From positions 71,052,001 through 71,116,000 of the forward strand of contig NC_135804.1 in the NCBI RefSeq assembly GCF_964213995.1: a stretch of 64,000 bases of DNA, in the 5' to 3' direction. The stretch comes from Mustelus asterias (Eukaryota). The first letter of the stretch is position 1. Every line of letters starts with the position of its first letter. The notes below the pieces were generated by a model. It did no database searches. It saw only the letters and a program-made list of their open reading frames with translations, and had not been told where the DNA came from. Positions 50,252 through 62,992 of this stretch are shown piece after piece. Made by a program: the position numbers and the translations under genes.

Positions 50252-53200
50252 AGAGAGAAGAAGACGTTGAAGTCACAGCACTTTCAAACCATTTAAAATA
50301 CAGAGACTGTTGATGTGATAATTAGCATTAAAAATTGCCATGGTAACTACATTTTCCCGTGTAAACCACAGTCACCAAAAGTGACAGAAACAAGATGGTG
50401 TCACTGTATCAATGTGGGTCCCAGCCAATGAAAGCCCCGAGGTCGGGCAATATTCCATAGACTGCACATTCAACAGTGTGAGGCTGTGTGAGTATAAACA
50501 ATCAGTCTCCCCATTTCAGTGGGGTTTGTCCCTCAGACCCCTGACTGTCTTTGGCCAGAGAAGATGAACAGAATTACAACCACAGCTCTCACAACTGGGT
50601 CAGCAGTGAGGGGTCAGAGAAAGGAGGGGGTGGGGAGACACTGGGAGACAATGGGGAAGTTGGTGGGGAGGCACTAGGGGTCAGGGAGAAACTGGTGGAG
50701 GGGGACATACTGGTGCAGGGGGTAGGGGAGACTGGGGATGGGGGAAACACTGAAGGAGGGGGGAAGGGAGACACTGGGGGAGTAGTTGGGGAAGACACTG
50801 TTTGTGGGATGGGGAAGACACTGGGGATAATGGGTGAGGGAGACATTAGGATTCTCTGTTTTGATTGCTAATCTCAATGTTTTTATTATTTGATCCCTTC
50901 TCTTCCCTCATTTCTTCACTGATTTCTCAGCTCCTGCTTTTTATAAATTGAAAATGTGATGATGAAATAAAGGAGATTTTTGATTAAGTTTCTCTTGTTG
51001 TCTCAAAGCAGCTTCATTCTTCATTTTTATTCAACAGATGAACAGTGTTGAATTACCTCCCTGTTTTCATCCTCATTTTCCATTCACTCACACTGTGAGC
51101 TGATTAATGATCCTGAGGCTTTAAACAGAATGCGCAAGTATCCACGGCACATTCAGCTGTCATAGGAGCAGAGGAGTAGGAGAAGGCCATTCAGCCCTTC
51201 AAAGCATGGAATGGAGACTGTGCCAAAGTCGCAGAAACAGGGTGTTCTCGGGAATTTTCACATGGGATTCAGAGGGGAAAGAGCTCCTCCTTTATTTAAA
51301 CCTTTTCAGCCTCCAGTGGTTGTTGAGTTGTTTTCTTTTATCCACAAACTAGGTATATGTAACTTTCCATTACTTTATCAGTGTAATTTATTAACTAATT
51401 AAATAAATAAACTTGGGCAGAAGTGACAAGGCTGGTGGCATGCAGTGACTGCAGCATGTGGGAATGTGTGGGAAGCACTGTAATTCCCCAAAGGGATGAA
51501 CTGAGAGAGATCAATATTAGTAGAGAAATAATGCTGGGACAATTGATGGGATTGAAGGTAGATAAATCCCCAGAGTACTTAAGGAAGTGGTTCTAGAAAT
51601 ATTGGATGCCTTGGTGGTCATCTTCCAGGATTCTATGGACTCTGGAAGAGTCCCTGCAGATTGGAGGGTAACTGATGTTACTCCAATATTCAAAAAGGCA
51701 GGTAGAGAGAAAACAGGGAATTATAGACCAGTAAGCCACACATTGGTAGTGGAGAAAATTCTCGAATCCATTATCAAGGACGTTATAGCGGAGCATTTAG
51801 AAAGCAGTGGCAGGATCAGACAAAGTCAGCACAGATTTCTGAAGGGGAAATCATGCTTGACAAATCTGCTGGAATTCTTTGAAGATGTAACTCGTAGAGT
51901 TGACAAGGGGAGCCAGTCGATTTGGACTTTCAGAGAGTGTTTGACAAAGTCCTCCACAAGAGATTATTATGCAAGATTAAAGTGCATGGCACTGGGGGAA
52001 ATGTATTAAGATGGATAGAAAACTGGTTGGCAGGGAAGAAACAAAGAGTAGGAATTAATGGGTGCTTTTCAAATTGGCAGGCAGTAACTAGTGGTGTGCT
52101 GCAGGGATCAGTGCTGGGACCCTAGTTATTCACAATATATATTAATGATTTGGATGAGGGAACAAAATGTAACATTTCAAAGTTTGCAGATGATACCAAG
52201 TTGGGTGGGAGCATGAACTGTGACAAAAATACAGAGATCCTTCAGCATGATCTGGCCAGGTTGGGTGAGTGGGCAAATTAATGGCAGATGCAGTATAATT
52301 TTTAATAAATGTGGGGTTATTCACTTTGGAAGCAAAAACAAGAAGGCAGACAACTACCTGAATGGCTGCAAATTGGGAGAGGGGAGTGTGCAGCAGAACG
52401 TGGATGTCCTTGTGCACCAGTCACTGAAGGTAAGCATGCAGGTGCAGCAGGTGGTAAAGAAGGCAAATGGTATGTTGACCTTTTGTGAGAGGTTTTGAGT
52501 ACAGAAGCAGGGATGTGTTGTTGCAATTATACAGGGCCTTGGTGAGGCCATATCTACAATATTGTGTGCAGTTTTGGTCTCCTTTTCTGAGGAAGGATGT
52601 TCTTGCTCTCGAGGGAGTGCAGCGAAGGTTTACCAGGCTGACTCCGGGGATGGCAGGTCTGATGTATGAGGAGAGATTGACTGGGTTAGGATTGTATTTG
52701 CTGGAGTTCAGACAAATGAGGGGGATCTCATAGAGACTTATAAAATTCTAACAGGACTAGACAGGGTAGATTCAGGGAGGATATTCCCGATGGTTGCGGA
52801 GTCCAGAACCAGGATTTGAGGTAGATCATTTAGGATGGAGATGAGGAGACATTTCTTCACCCAAAAAGTAGTGAGCCTGTGGAATTCATTACCACAGGAA
52901 GTAGTTGGTGCCAAAACATTGAATGTATTAAAAGGCAGTCAGATATAGCACTTGGGGCGAATGAGATCAAAGGGTATGAGGAGAAAGCAGGATTAGGCTA
53001 TTGAGTTGGACGATCAGCCATGATCGTGATGAATGGTGGAGCAGGCTCGAAGAGCCAAATGGCTTCCTCCTGCTCCTATCTTCTATCTGCAGAAGTTGTC
53101 TTAGGCAACTTCAGCTCCAAGTTTCTGAGCTGGAGGCTGAGCTGCGGACATTAGTGAAGCATCAGAGTGGGGGAGAGTTACCCAGCCACTTTGTCCCAGG

Positions 53201-56200
53201 AGATAGTCACTCCCCTTAGGTTAGACAGAACATCAGTCAACAGTCTTGACTGCGAGTCAGGACAGTAAAGGAAGCCAGCATGCAGTAAGGGAGGAGCCTC
53301 AGCCCCTGGCTTTGTCCAACGAGTACAAGGTGCTTGTTAGCTGTGTGGATGAGCAGATTGGTCAGGGACCATAGTGAATGACGCCATTCAAGTTGGGATG
53401 AGGTGAGTGTGAAGCATCCTATTGTGTGAATGCTTGTTTAAAGTATGACACCATGATAATGTGGTTTGATCGTGATTAAAACTTTTTGTTTTAAAAAAAA
53501 GAGGAATATGGTAGTGATGGAAAGGGTACAGTCAGCGGTAAAGGGAGTGTTCTCTAAAGCTGTGAGCGGGAACTCCGAAGTTTGTGTTGCCCTCTTTTTA
53601 GGTCAAACCAAACCAAGTAAACAAACTCAGATTAAATCAGGACAAAGTAAAAGGGGCAGCTCCCCAAAAAGGAGGGGGAACAGCCCGAACAGAAATCAAA
53701 GTACAAAGGAAACTTAAAAACATCAAATTAAAATGTGATTATTGGGGTCAATAATGCACCCCAACCCCTGCGGTGCCCAGCGGGCGCGGAAAGCGTCAAG
53801 CACGCCCGTGAACACCGCATGCTCCCTCTCCAGGGACACCTGGTCGCGAATGTAGCCGCGGTAGAGGGGAAGACAGTCAGGATGGACGGCCCCCTCGATC
53901 GCCCGCAGCCTGGACCGGTATCCCAGTGCAGAATTTTGAATCTACTTACCTAACTAATTATTAAGGCCAGTTTACTGCTTTCCTCCCTTCAGGGAATTGT
54001 TTCGAGCAACCGATTTATTTTCCAATTGCAGCCCGACCGTCACAATGTGTAATGACTGACCTTGGAGTAGGCAGCAAATCTGCCAAGAGTATCAAAACCT
54101 ACACACATTCATACAGAATTCTCCTGCTGCTGCCTTCTCACTGGGCTGTGCATTTGAAGCTCCTTTTCCAAGCTTTGCACATCTTTCCTTGGTCGTCATT
54201 AGCTCTTTGACTCTACTGCTAATAGGAAATTTTCACAGATCTCCGTGTGCCGTGATGTAGTTCCTAGTAAGCTGAGCAGTTGATTTTTTCTCTGCCTCTC
54301 AGCCTCCATGTATTCTACGGAGCTCTCCCGGCAATTTTCCACTGTCATACTGAAGACTTTTATCAGGTTGTAATCTTTTTCAAGTTGATTTTGGAAGATT
54401 TTGGGGTCCTTCACTGCTGCAACGTGTGGTATATTGGTTTTGACTGGTTGAAAAAGGTTGCAGAGACATCGATATGTCTCAATCATAACTGTTTACTGAA
54501 GGAACAGAACTATTGACAGATGTACAAGACTAAATGTAACTCAGTGCAAGCTGTGAGCTTTCTCCGTCGAGGCTCTTTGTCATGTGACTGTCTCTTCCAT
54601 CATCATGTGGGCGGTACTGTTTTTCCAGTCCCCCATACTGGGTGGGATTTTCTGTCGCTCCCTGCCGCATGTTTTCCAGTGACTGAATCATTGGCCAGTG
54701 CCAGGACCTTCCGGTCTCACTGCTATCAACGGTGTCTCCCATTGTTTGCACCCTCTGCTGCTGGAATATCCGTGGCAGGGGGGTCGCCACTGGTGGGACT
54801 GGAAGTTCCTGCCAGCGGAAGCAGCCGGGAAATCCTGCCCGTTAACTCTGTCAGCCGTAAACATCCTAACACATCTTCCTCCCTCCAAACTTCCAACACA
54901 TGGAACAAGAAACATGGCTCTTCTCTTTCCACCATAGAACATTCTGTAACACCTCTGTTACGCCCCTAACTTTGTACCCTGGAGAAAATACCACACACAT
55001 CTCACAGCAGTGGAACTGCCCGTTTATCCCCTTGACTATCAAATCTCAAATTATTCCAGTGTTCCGACATTCTCTGTACAATCCTTTCCAACACGGAGCC
55101 AGAGTCAAGACTGTGATCCTTAGCGATGTTGTCATGCTCACCAGTATTCAATGCTGAATACCAATTTGACCGGCTTGCACACTCCTGGAGGATTGCTGCA
55201 CTGCTTGCCTCTCTCTACCCTTATTATTCTGAACTCTCTCCTGCAGATGATGATCGAGGAAGCAGTCTGCCACGTGGACGGGCACTCTTGTTATGAGTCC
55301 AGCTGCCCCCTGATCTCAGGTGCCCTCAGTGTAATTGAGCAACAGGAGACACATCCCACAAGGCAGCTCCCTCTTGAGAAAGTGACCTGATATGCCCAAA
55401 TGGAGCAGGAATTGCAAGTTACAGATTACAGCTGTCCCACCATTCTAATTCAAAACTTAAAACTTCTTGGCTACAGGGTGATTATTTATATAATTGATGT
55501 TCATTTTCTCAATGAGGTACTGTCATATGTGCAGATATACGCACACACAAACATACACACACATACACACTTACACTCTATGCAAATTGGAAGTATTTTA
55601 TTGTGTTTCTCTAATTTTTTCTCATCTTAAAATAAGAGCAAGGAGGTCATGCTGGAATTATATAAAACATTCGTTAGGCATTAACCTGAGTACTGTGTGC
55701 AGTTCCGGTCACCTGATTACAGACAAGATGTCATGGTATTAGCGAGAGTACAGAAGAGATTGATGAGGATGTTGCCAGGACTGGAAAATTGCGGCTATGA
55801 GGAAAGATTGGATAGGCTGGGGTTGTTCTCCTTGGAACAGAGGAGGTTGAGGGGAGATTTGCCTGAGATGTACAAAATAGTGAGGGGCTTGGATTGAGTG
55901 GATGGGAGGAGTCTATTTAACCCAGCAGCAAGGTCAGTGACTGGGGCGCACAGATTGAAAGTGATTGGTGAAAATATTAGAAGAAAAACCTTTTCACCCA
56001 GAGGGGGTCTGGAACTCACTGCCTGAAAGGGTATTAGAGGCAGAATCCCTGAACTTATTGAAAGGGTGTATGGGTTGCACCTGAAGCACTGTAACCTGCT
56101 GGACCAAACCTGGAAAATGGGATGAAGCTGGGTGGCTCGTTTATCGGCCGGTGCAGACACAATGGGCAGAATGGCTTCTTTCTGTGCCTATGATTCTATG

Positions 56201-56992
56201 ATTGTCCCACAGTCCAGTTTCAGCATTATCATAGAATTCTACATTGCAGAAGGAGGCCATTCGGATCATCGAGTCTGCACCCACACCAATAACCAGGCCC
56301 TATTCCCGTGACCTCATGTACCTACGCTGTTAATTGCCCTGACAATAAGGGGCAATTTAGCCTGGTCAATCCATCTAACCCACACATCTTTGGACTGTGG
56401 AAGGAAACCGGAGCACCCAGAGGAAACCCATGCAGACACGGGGAGAATGTGCAAACTCCATACAGACAGTGACCTGAGGCTGGAATTGAACCTGGGTCCC
56501 TGGTACTGTGAGGCAGCAGTGCTAACTGCTATGCCACCATGCTGTCCATTCTTACCATTATCCTTGGTGATTAATCTGTGTGCTTGGAGTGTCGAATCCA
56601 GGCTCCATTTCTACACAGTCAGGTTGGGGGCAGATTGCTCAGCACAAAGCAAACTCCTGCAAAGCTACATATTCCACCACTGAGCCCCTACTGACAGTTT
56701 CAGGAGGCTTGTGTGACACTGCCTTTCATCTGGGACTTGACCAAGAACAGGAATCCAAATAATCAGGTTCGTGGACTCGGATGTTAGAATGTATTAAATC
56801 TCACCTCAATTGAATCCTGACTTGAAACTTTTCCAATGTAATTATGCAGCAGAACCACAGTCACATTCCTGCTCTCGTCACAGCCTGGAAACTTCTCCTG
56901 CCTCCTTTCTCTGTCTCAGGATAAATAGGGAGTTGCTCACCCCTCTCTTACTCACTGTTACTGTCCACTTGTGCTGTGAACAGCCTTGAGAT

Positions 56993-59900
56993 ATGAAGTG
57001 TTATCTTCACATTGGACTCCTGCTGACCATGATCTGGATCAAGGTCAGTGATCGCGCAGGTAAGCGTCAACACATATACAGTCTACGTAGGTTTGACTCC
57101 AATCATTTGTGGAAGTTTCTTGGTATCAGGTCTGCACTTTGAGATCGGATAAACAGGTGAATGTCCTTCCTGCTGGGCTCAATACAGAAAGAATGGACTG
57201 TCCAGTGACTCCTGTATTAGAGAGAGAGAAGAATTCATCCAGGATTCTATTTCTGATTACTGTCCAGTGATACCTGGGTTAGAGAGAGAAATAAAATCAT
57301 TCAGATAAAAGCAAAATACTGGAATCTGAAACAAAAACAGAAAATGCTGGAAAATCTCAGCCTCTGACAGCATCTGTGGAGAGAGAAGAGAGCCAACATT
57401 TCGAGTCTAGATGACCTTTCGTCAGAGCACAGACGAAGCTCTGACGAAGGGTCATCTAGATTTGAAACTTCGGCTCTATTCTCTCCCCACAGTTACTGTC
57501 AGACCTGCTGAGATTTTCCAGCATTTTCTGTAAAATCATTGAAGATTTTATTCCTGATCACTGTCCAGTAATCCCTGGGTTAGAGAGAGAGAGGCAAAAT
57601 CATCCAGGATTCTACTCCTGATCACTGTCCAGTGACTCCTGAGTTGGAGAGAGAGAGTGGAACTCAGCCAGGATTCTGCTCCCGATCACTGTCCAGTGAT
57701 CCCTGGGTTAGAGAGACAGCACTACCTCAGTACTGACCCTTAAATAGCAAGGCGCTCCTGCAATATTGACCTTCTGACAGTGCAGCACTCCGACAATGCT
57801 GATCCTCTGACAGTGCGGTGCCCCCTCAGTACTGACCCTCTGACAGAGCAGAACTTCATCAGTACTGACCTACTGAAAGTGCAGGACTCAATATTGACCT
57901 TCTACAGTGCAACGCTCCCTCAGTACTGACCCTCTGACAGTGCTGGCTCCCTCAGTGCTGGCCCTTTGACAGTGCAGTAATCCCTTAGTACTGACCCTAC
58001 AACAGTGCTGACCTCCCTTAGTACTGACCTTCTGACATTGTAGCACTCCCTCAGTCCTGGCTGTCTAACTGTGAAGCACTCCTTCAGTACTGAACCTCTG
58101 TCAATGCAGCACTCCTTCACTACTGACCTGCTGACAGTGCAGCACTCCCTCAGTACTGACCCTCCAAGTGGAAATGTGAGTCGGAAAAGCAGTTGGAAAA
58201 GGAGTGGGAAATGGAATGGGAATGAGAGCGTGAATTGGAGCAGGAATGTGTGCCGGAATGGGAGCAGTTTGGGAGTATCAATGGAAATGGAAATGTGAGT
58301 GGGAGTTAGTGCAGGAATGGGGGTAGGATTTGGAGTGTGAATTGGATTGGGAACCTGAGTGGGAATGTGAGTCGCTTGGGGAGTATGAATGGTGTGAAAT
58401 ATGAACACAATGCAAGCACAGGATGGAGAAGGGAACATGAGCTGGGGGTCCCAGAAATCCTGAAGGGGGAGGGAGAGGAGCTGGGGGTCCCAGAAATCCT
58501 GAAGGGGGAGGGAGAGGAGCTGGGGGTCCCAGAAATCCTGAAGGGGGAGGGAGAGGAGCTGGGGGTCCCAGAAATCCTGAAGGGGGAGGGAGAGGAGCCG
58601 AAGGTCGTGATGCATATAGGTACTGCTGACATAGGTAGGAAGAGGGAAGGGGTCATGAAAAGAGAATATAGGGAGTTAGGTAGACAGCTGAGAAAGAGGA
58701 ATGCAAAGGTAGTAATCTCGGGATTGCTGCCTGTGCCGCGGGAGAGTGACAACAGGAATCGGTGGAGAATGAATGCGTGGCTGAGGGACTGGAGCAAGGG
58801 ACAAGGATTTGGGTACTTGGATCATTGGGACGTCTTTTGGGGCAGGTGTGACCTGTTTAAAAAAGACGGGTGGCACTTGAATCCCAGGGGGACCAATATC
58901 CTGGCGGGAAGGTTGGCTAAGGCTACTGGAGAGACTTTAAACTAGAAAGGTTGGGGGGAGGGAATCGAAATGAGGGGACTGAGAGCGAGGAGGTTAGCTC
59001 GCAAATAGATAAGGAATGTAAACAGGGTAAGAGGGAGGTTAGACGAGTGATGGAGAAGGGAAGTGCTCAGGCTGAAGGTCTGAGATGTGTCTATTTTAAT
59101 GCCAGGAGTGTAGTGAATAAAGTGGATGAGCTTAGAGCGTGGATTGCTGCTTCGAATTGTGATGTGGTGGCCATTACGGAGACTTGGATGTCTCAGGGAC
59201 AGGACTGGGTGCTTCAGGTGCCGGGTTTTAGATGTTTCAGGAAGGACAGGGAGGGAGGCAAGAGAGGGGGGGGAGTGGCACTGTTGATCAGGGATAGTGT
59301 CACGGCTGTAGAGAAGGTGGACGCCGTGGAGGGATTGACGACGGAGTCTCTGTGGGTGGAGGTTAGGAACAGGAAGGGGTCGGTAACGTTGCTGGGTGTT
59401 TTCTATAGGCCGCCCAATAGTAACAGAGATGTTGAGGAGCAGATGGGGAAACAGATCCTGGAGAGATGTAGGAATAACAGAGTTGTCGTGATGGGAGATT
59501 TTAATTTCCCAAACATAGATTGGAATATCCCTAGGGCTAGGGGTTTGGATGGAGAGGAGTTTGTTAGGTGTGTCCAGGAGAGTTTCCTGACACAGTATGT
59601 GGATAAGCCTACTAGAGGAGAGGCTGTACTTGATCTGGTGCTGGCTAATGAACCTGGACAGGTGGAGGATCTCTCGGTGGGTGAGCATCTTGGGGATAGC
59701 GATCATAATTCTATCTCCTTCATGATAGCATTGGAAAGAGATAGGATCAGGCAGGCTAGGAAAGTGTTTCTCTGGAGTAAAGGGAAATACAGTGTCATCA
59801 GGGAGGAAATTAGACGGGTAAATTGGAAGGAGGCATTCTTGGGGAAAAGTACCGAAGGAAAGTGGAGGATTTTCAAGGAATGTTTGTCTGGAGCTCTGCA

Positions 59901-62900
59901 TGACAACGTTCCGATGAGACAGGGGGGTGTTGGTAGGGTATGGGAACCGTGGTGCACGAAGGTTGTGATGAACCTGGTGAATAAGAAAAGAGAGGCGTAC
60001 AGAAGGTTCAGAGAGCTAGGAGGTGTTAAGGATTTAGAGGAGTATACGGGATGTAGGAAGGAGCTTAAGAAGGAAATTAGGAGAGCGAGAAGGGGTCATG
60101 AGAAGGCCTTGGCGGGTAAGATTAAGGAGAACCCCAAGGCTTTCTACAAATATGTCAAGAGTAAAAGGATGAGATGTGAAGGCATAGGACCCTTAAAAGG
60201 TGAAGGGGGAAAAGTTTGTGCGGAACCGTTAGAAATGGCGGAGCTGCTTAATGAATACTTTACCTCGGTATTCACGGTGGAAAGGGATCTGGGTGGTTGT
60301 ACTGCTGGTTTGCGGTGGACAGAAAGGATCGAGCATGTGGACATAAAGAAAGAGGATGTGTTGGAACTATTGAATGGCATCAAGGTTGGTAAGTCGCCGG
60401 GACCGGATGGGATGTACCCCAGGTTACTGTGGGAGGCGAGGGAGGAGATTGCGGAGCCTTTGGCGATGATCTTTGCATCGTCGATGGAGACGGGAGAGGT
60501 TCCGGAGGATTGGAGGATTGCAGATGTGGTCCCTATATTCAAGAAAGGGAACAGGGACAGCCCGGGAAATTACCGACCGGTGAGTCTAACCTCAGTGGTT
60601 GGTAAGTTGATGGAGAGGATCCTGAGAGACAGGATTTATGATCATCTAGAGAAGTTTAGTATGATCAAAAGTAGTCAGCACGGCTTTGTCAAGGGCAGGT
60701 CGTGCCTTACGAGCCTGGTTGAGTTCTTTGAAAATGTGACCAAACACATTGACGAAGGAAGAGCGGTGGATGTGGTCTATATGGACTTCAGCAAGGCGTT
60801 CGATAAGGTCCCCCATGCAAGACTTCTTGAGAAAGTGAGAGGGCATGGGATCCAAGGGGCTGTTGCCTTGTGGATCCAGAACTGGCTTGCCTGCAGAAGG
60901 CAGAGAGTGGCTGTGGAGGGGTCTTTCTCTGCATGGCGGTCAGTGACCAGTGGAGTGCCCCAGGGATCTGTTCTGGGACCCTTGCTGTTTGTCATTTTCA
61001 TAAATGACCTGGATGAGGAAGTGGAGGGATGGGTTGGTAAGTTTGCTGACGACACCAAGGTAGGTGGTGTTGTGGATAGTTTGGAGGGATGTCAGAAGTT
61101 GCAGCGAGACATAGATAGAATGCAAGACTGGGCGGAGAAGTGGCAGATGGACTTCAACCCGGATAAGTGTGTGGTGATCCATTTTGGCAGATCCAATGGG
61201 ATGAAGCAGCAATATAATATGAAGGGTACCATTCTTAGCAGTGTAGAGGATCAGAAGGACCTTGGGGTCCGGGTCCATAGGACTCTTAAATCGGCCTCGC
61301 AGGTGGAGGATGCGGTCAAGAAGGCGTACGGCGTACTGGCCTTCATTAATCGAGGGATTGAGTTTAGGAGTCGGGAGATAATGCTGCAGCTTTATAGGAC
61401 CCTGGTTAGACCCCACTTGGAGTACTGCGCGCAGTTCTGGTCACCTCATTACAGGAAAGATGTTGAAGCCATTGAAAGGGTGCAGAGGAGATTTACAAGG
61501 ATGTTGCCTGGATTGGGGGGCATGCCTTATGAGGATAGGTTGAGGGAGCTTGGTCTCTTCTCCCTGGAGAGACGAAGGATGAGAGGTGACCTGATAGAGG
61601 TTTACAAGATGTTGAGAGGTCTGGATAGGGTAGACTCTCAGAGGCTATTTCCAAGGGCTGAAATGGTTGCTACGAGAGGACACAGGTTTAAGGTGCTGGG
61701 GGGTAGGTACAGAGGAGATGTCAGGGGTAAGTTTTTCACTCAGAGGGTGGTGGGTGAGTGGAATCGGCTGACGTCGGTGGTGGTGGAGGCAAACTCGTTG
61801 GGGTCTTTTAAGAGACTTCTGGATGAGTACATGGGATTTAATGGGATTGAGGGCTATAGATAGGCCTAGAGGTGGAGATGTGATCGGCGCAACCTGTGGG
61901 CCGAAGGGCCTGTTTGTGCTGTGGCTTTCTATGTTCTATGGAACAGAAACACCAGGAAGAAGAACTGGGAGCAGGTAGAAGCTGACTGAAGTTAGCCGAG
62001 CCGAGCTGAAGAAGTCAGGTGACCTGCCAGGACTGAAAGAGCCCTTGTCGGTCGGTTTATTAGATTTCCTACAAGGCAGTTGAAAGGATTTTGGCAGTGA
62101 GATCAAACTGGGATTTTGACAGACTGTGCTTTGTGGCAGCTTAGAATCCATAGCATAGCATCTCTACAGTGCAGAAGGAGGCCATTCGGCCCATCGAGTC
62201 TTCACCGACTCTGTGAAAGAGCATCTTACCCAGGTCCACGTGTCTGCCCTATCCCTGTAACATCATGCATTTACCATGACCAATCTACCTAACCTGCACA
62301 TCTTTGGGCTTCCAGTTTGAATGCACTATCTAATCCCAGACCCTGAAATAAATGTATTGAAAAGGATGGAACAGAAATGAGATAACATGTGGAGTAATTG
62401 TGAAAATAGGAAGTTACACAATTCAACTTACTTTCCCCAGGAAATACAGTTCCTAAAAATATTTTTCAATCTCTGAGAAAAAACCATCCGGAATGTTCCA
62501 AAACATGTGAAAATTATGGCAGAATTCCAAAAACAACTGGGTCAGAAACAGTCAGTTGGGTATTTATCCACAGAGGGAGTGGGGAAAGGGAATGGAGAGA
62601 GGGCACAGGGGAGAAGGGAGAGGTCACAGGGGGGAGGGCACATGGGAAAGGACACAGGAGAGAGGGCGCAGAGGTGAAGGTATGGGGAAAGGGCACAGGG
62701 GAAAGGGGAGAGTGGAGAATGGGACGGGGAGAGGACCCAGGGGAAAGGGGCAAGGATATTGAATCAATCCTGCTTAACAGTGTTATCATCTTGTCTCGCC
62801 ACCTTCAGAGATTTCGGTACAGAGATCGACAGCATTCTTTTTTCCTGCACTCCCTATAGAACTGTACCATATTACACTTTGCACAGTTTGAAAAGCTCCT

Positions 62901-62992
62901 GAGTCTCTGCGTTCAATTTTGTTCAGTCTACTGAAGAAAGAATCTTTTCTCCAGTGAGCAGAGTTTTTGGCAGCAGGGAATCCCAGCTATAA
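56993..62992 (+). CDS. candidate small secreted protein gene, unit B copy (CR1 in intron 1; 1-bp indel in putative exon 3)
   Basis: Exon 1 56993-57059 identical to unit A; putative exon 2 62441-62559; putative exon 3 62927-62992 frameshifted relative to unit A. Confidence 0.28.
58439..58594 (+). repeat. perfect 39-bp tandem repeat x4 at the CR1 5' junction
   Basis: GAGCTGGGGGTCCCAGAAATCCTGAAGGGGGAGGGAGAG x4. Confidence 0.95.
58449..58945 (+). CDS. CR1 ORF1 C-terminal part, SGNH/GDSL esterase-like domain (5'-truncated)
   Basis: VVMHIGTADIG (block III), VVISGLLPVP, DGWHLN (DxxH block V); stop at 58943-58945. Confidence 0.8.
58951..61863 (+). CDS. CR1 ORF2, APE endonuclease plus reverse transcriptase, intact 970 aa
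   Basis: FNARS, AITETW, YRPPN, MGDFN, LDLV, SDHN (APE); QHGF, DFSKAFD, GVPQGSVLGP, FADD (RT); no stops. Confidence 0.96.
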   Translation: MGGGNRNEGTESEEVSSQIDKECKQGKREVRRVMEKGSAQAEGLRCVYFNARSVVNKVDELRAWIAASNCDVVAITETWMSQGQDWVLQVPGFRCFRKDREGGKRGGGVALLIRDSVTAVEKVDAVEGLTTESLWVEVRNRKGSVTLLGVFYRPPNSNRDVEEQMGKQILERCRNNRVVVMGDFNFPNIDWNIPRARGLDGEEFVRCVQESFLTQYVDKPTRGEAVLDLVLANEPGQVEDLSVGEHLGDSDHNSISFMIALERDRIRQARKVFLWSKGKYSVIREEIRRVNWKEAFLGKSTEGKWRIFKECLSGALHDNVPMRQGGVGRVWEPWCTKVVMNLVNKKREAYRRFRELGGVKDLEEYTGCRKELKKEIRRARRGHEKALAGKIKENPKAFYKYVKSKRMRCEGIGPLKGEGGKVCAEPLEMAELLNEYFTSVFTVERDLGGCTAGLRWTERIEHVDIKKEDVLELLNGIKVGKSPGPDGMYPRLLWEAREEIAEPLAMIFASSMETGEVPEDWRIADVVPIFKKGNRDSPGNYRPVSLTSVVGKLMERILRDRIYDHLEKFSMIKSSQHGFVKGRSCLTSLVEFFENVTKHIDEGRAVDVVYMDFSKAFDKVPHARLLEKVRGHGIQGAVALWIQNWLACRRQRVAVEGSFSAWRSVTSGVPQGSVLGPLLFVIFINDLDEEVEGWVGKFADDTKVGGVVDSLEGCQKLQRDIDRMQDWAEKWQMDFNPDKCVVIHFGRSNGMKQQYNMKGTILSSVEDQKDLGVRVHRTLKSASQVEDAVKKAYGVLAFINRGIEFRSREIMLQLYRTLVRPHLEYCAQFWSPHYRKDVEAIERVQRRFTRMLPGLGGMPYEDRLRELGLFSLERRRMRGDLIEVYKMLRGLDRVDSQRLFPRAEMVATRGHRFKVLGGRYRGDVRGKFFTQRVVGEWNRLTSVVVEANSLGSFKRLLDEYMGFNGIEGYR

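Larger units (their letters stand above)
58449..61940 (+). mobile_element. recent near-full-length CR1 LINE (truncated within ORF1), present only in unit B
   Basis: Empty site GAGCTGGGGG^AACAGAAAC at about 39479; partial ORF1 plus complete ORF2; TTCTATG tail. Confidence 0.96.

Noticed and set aside
57920-58615. 231-aa minus ORF with LLSLPLQDFWDPQ repeats
   Set aside because: Antisense read-through of the 39-bp junction repeat and adjacent minisatellites.
58942-59901. 319-aa antisense ORF over the CR1 endonuclease region
   Set aside because: Shadow ORF of the purine-rich coding strand; no domain features.
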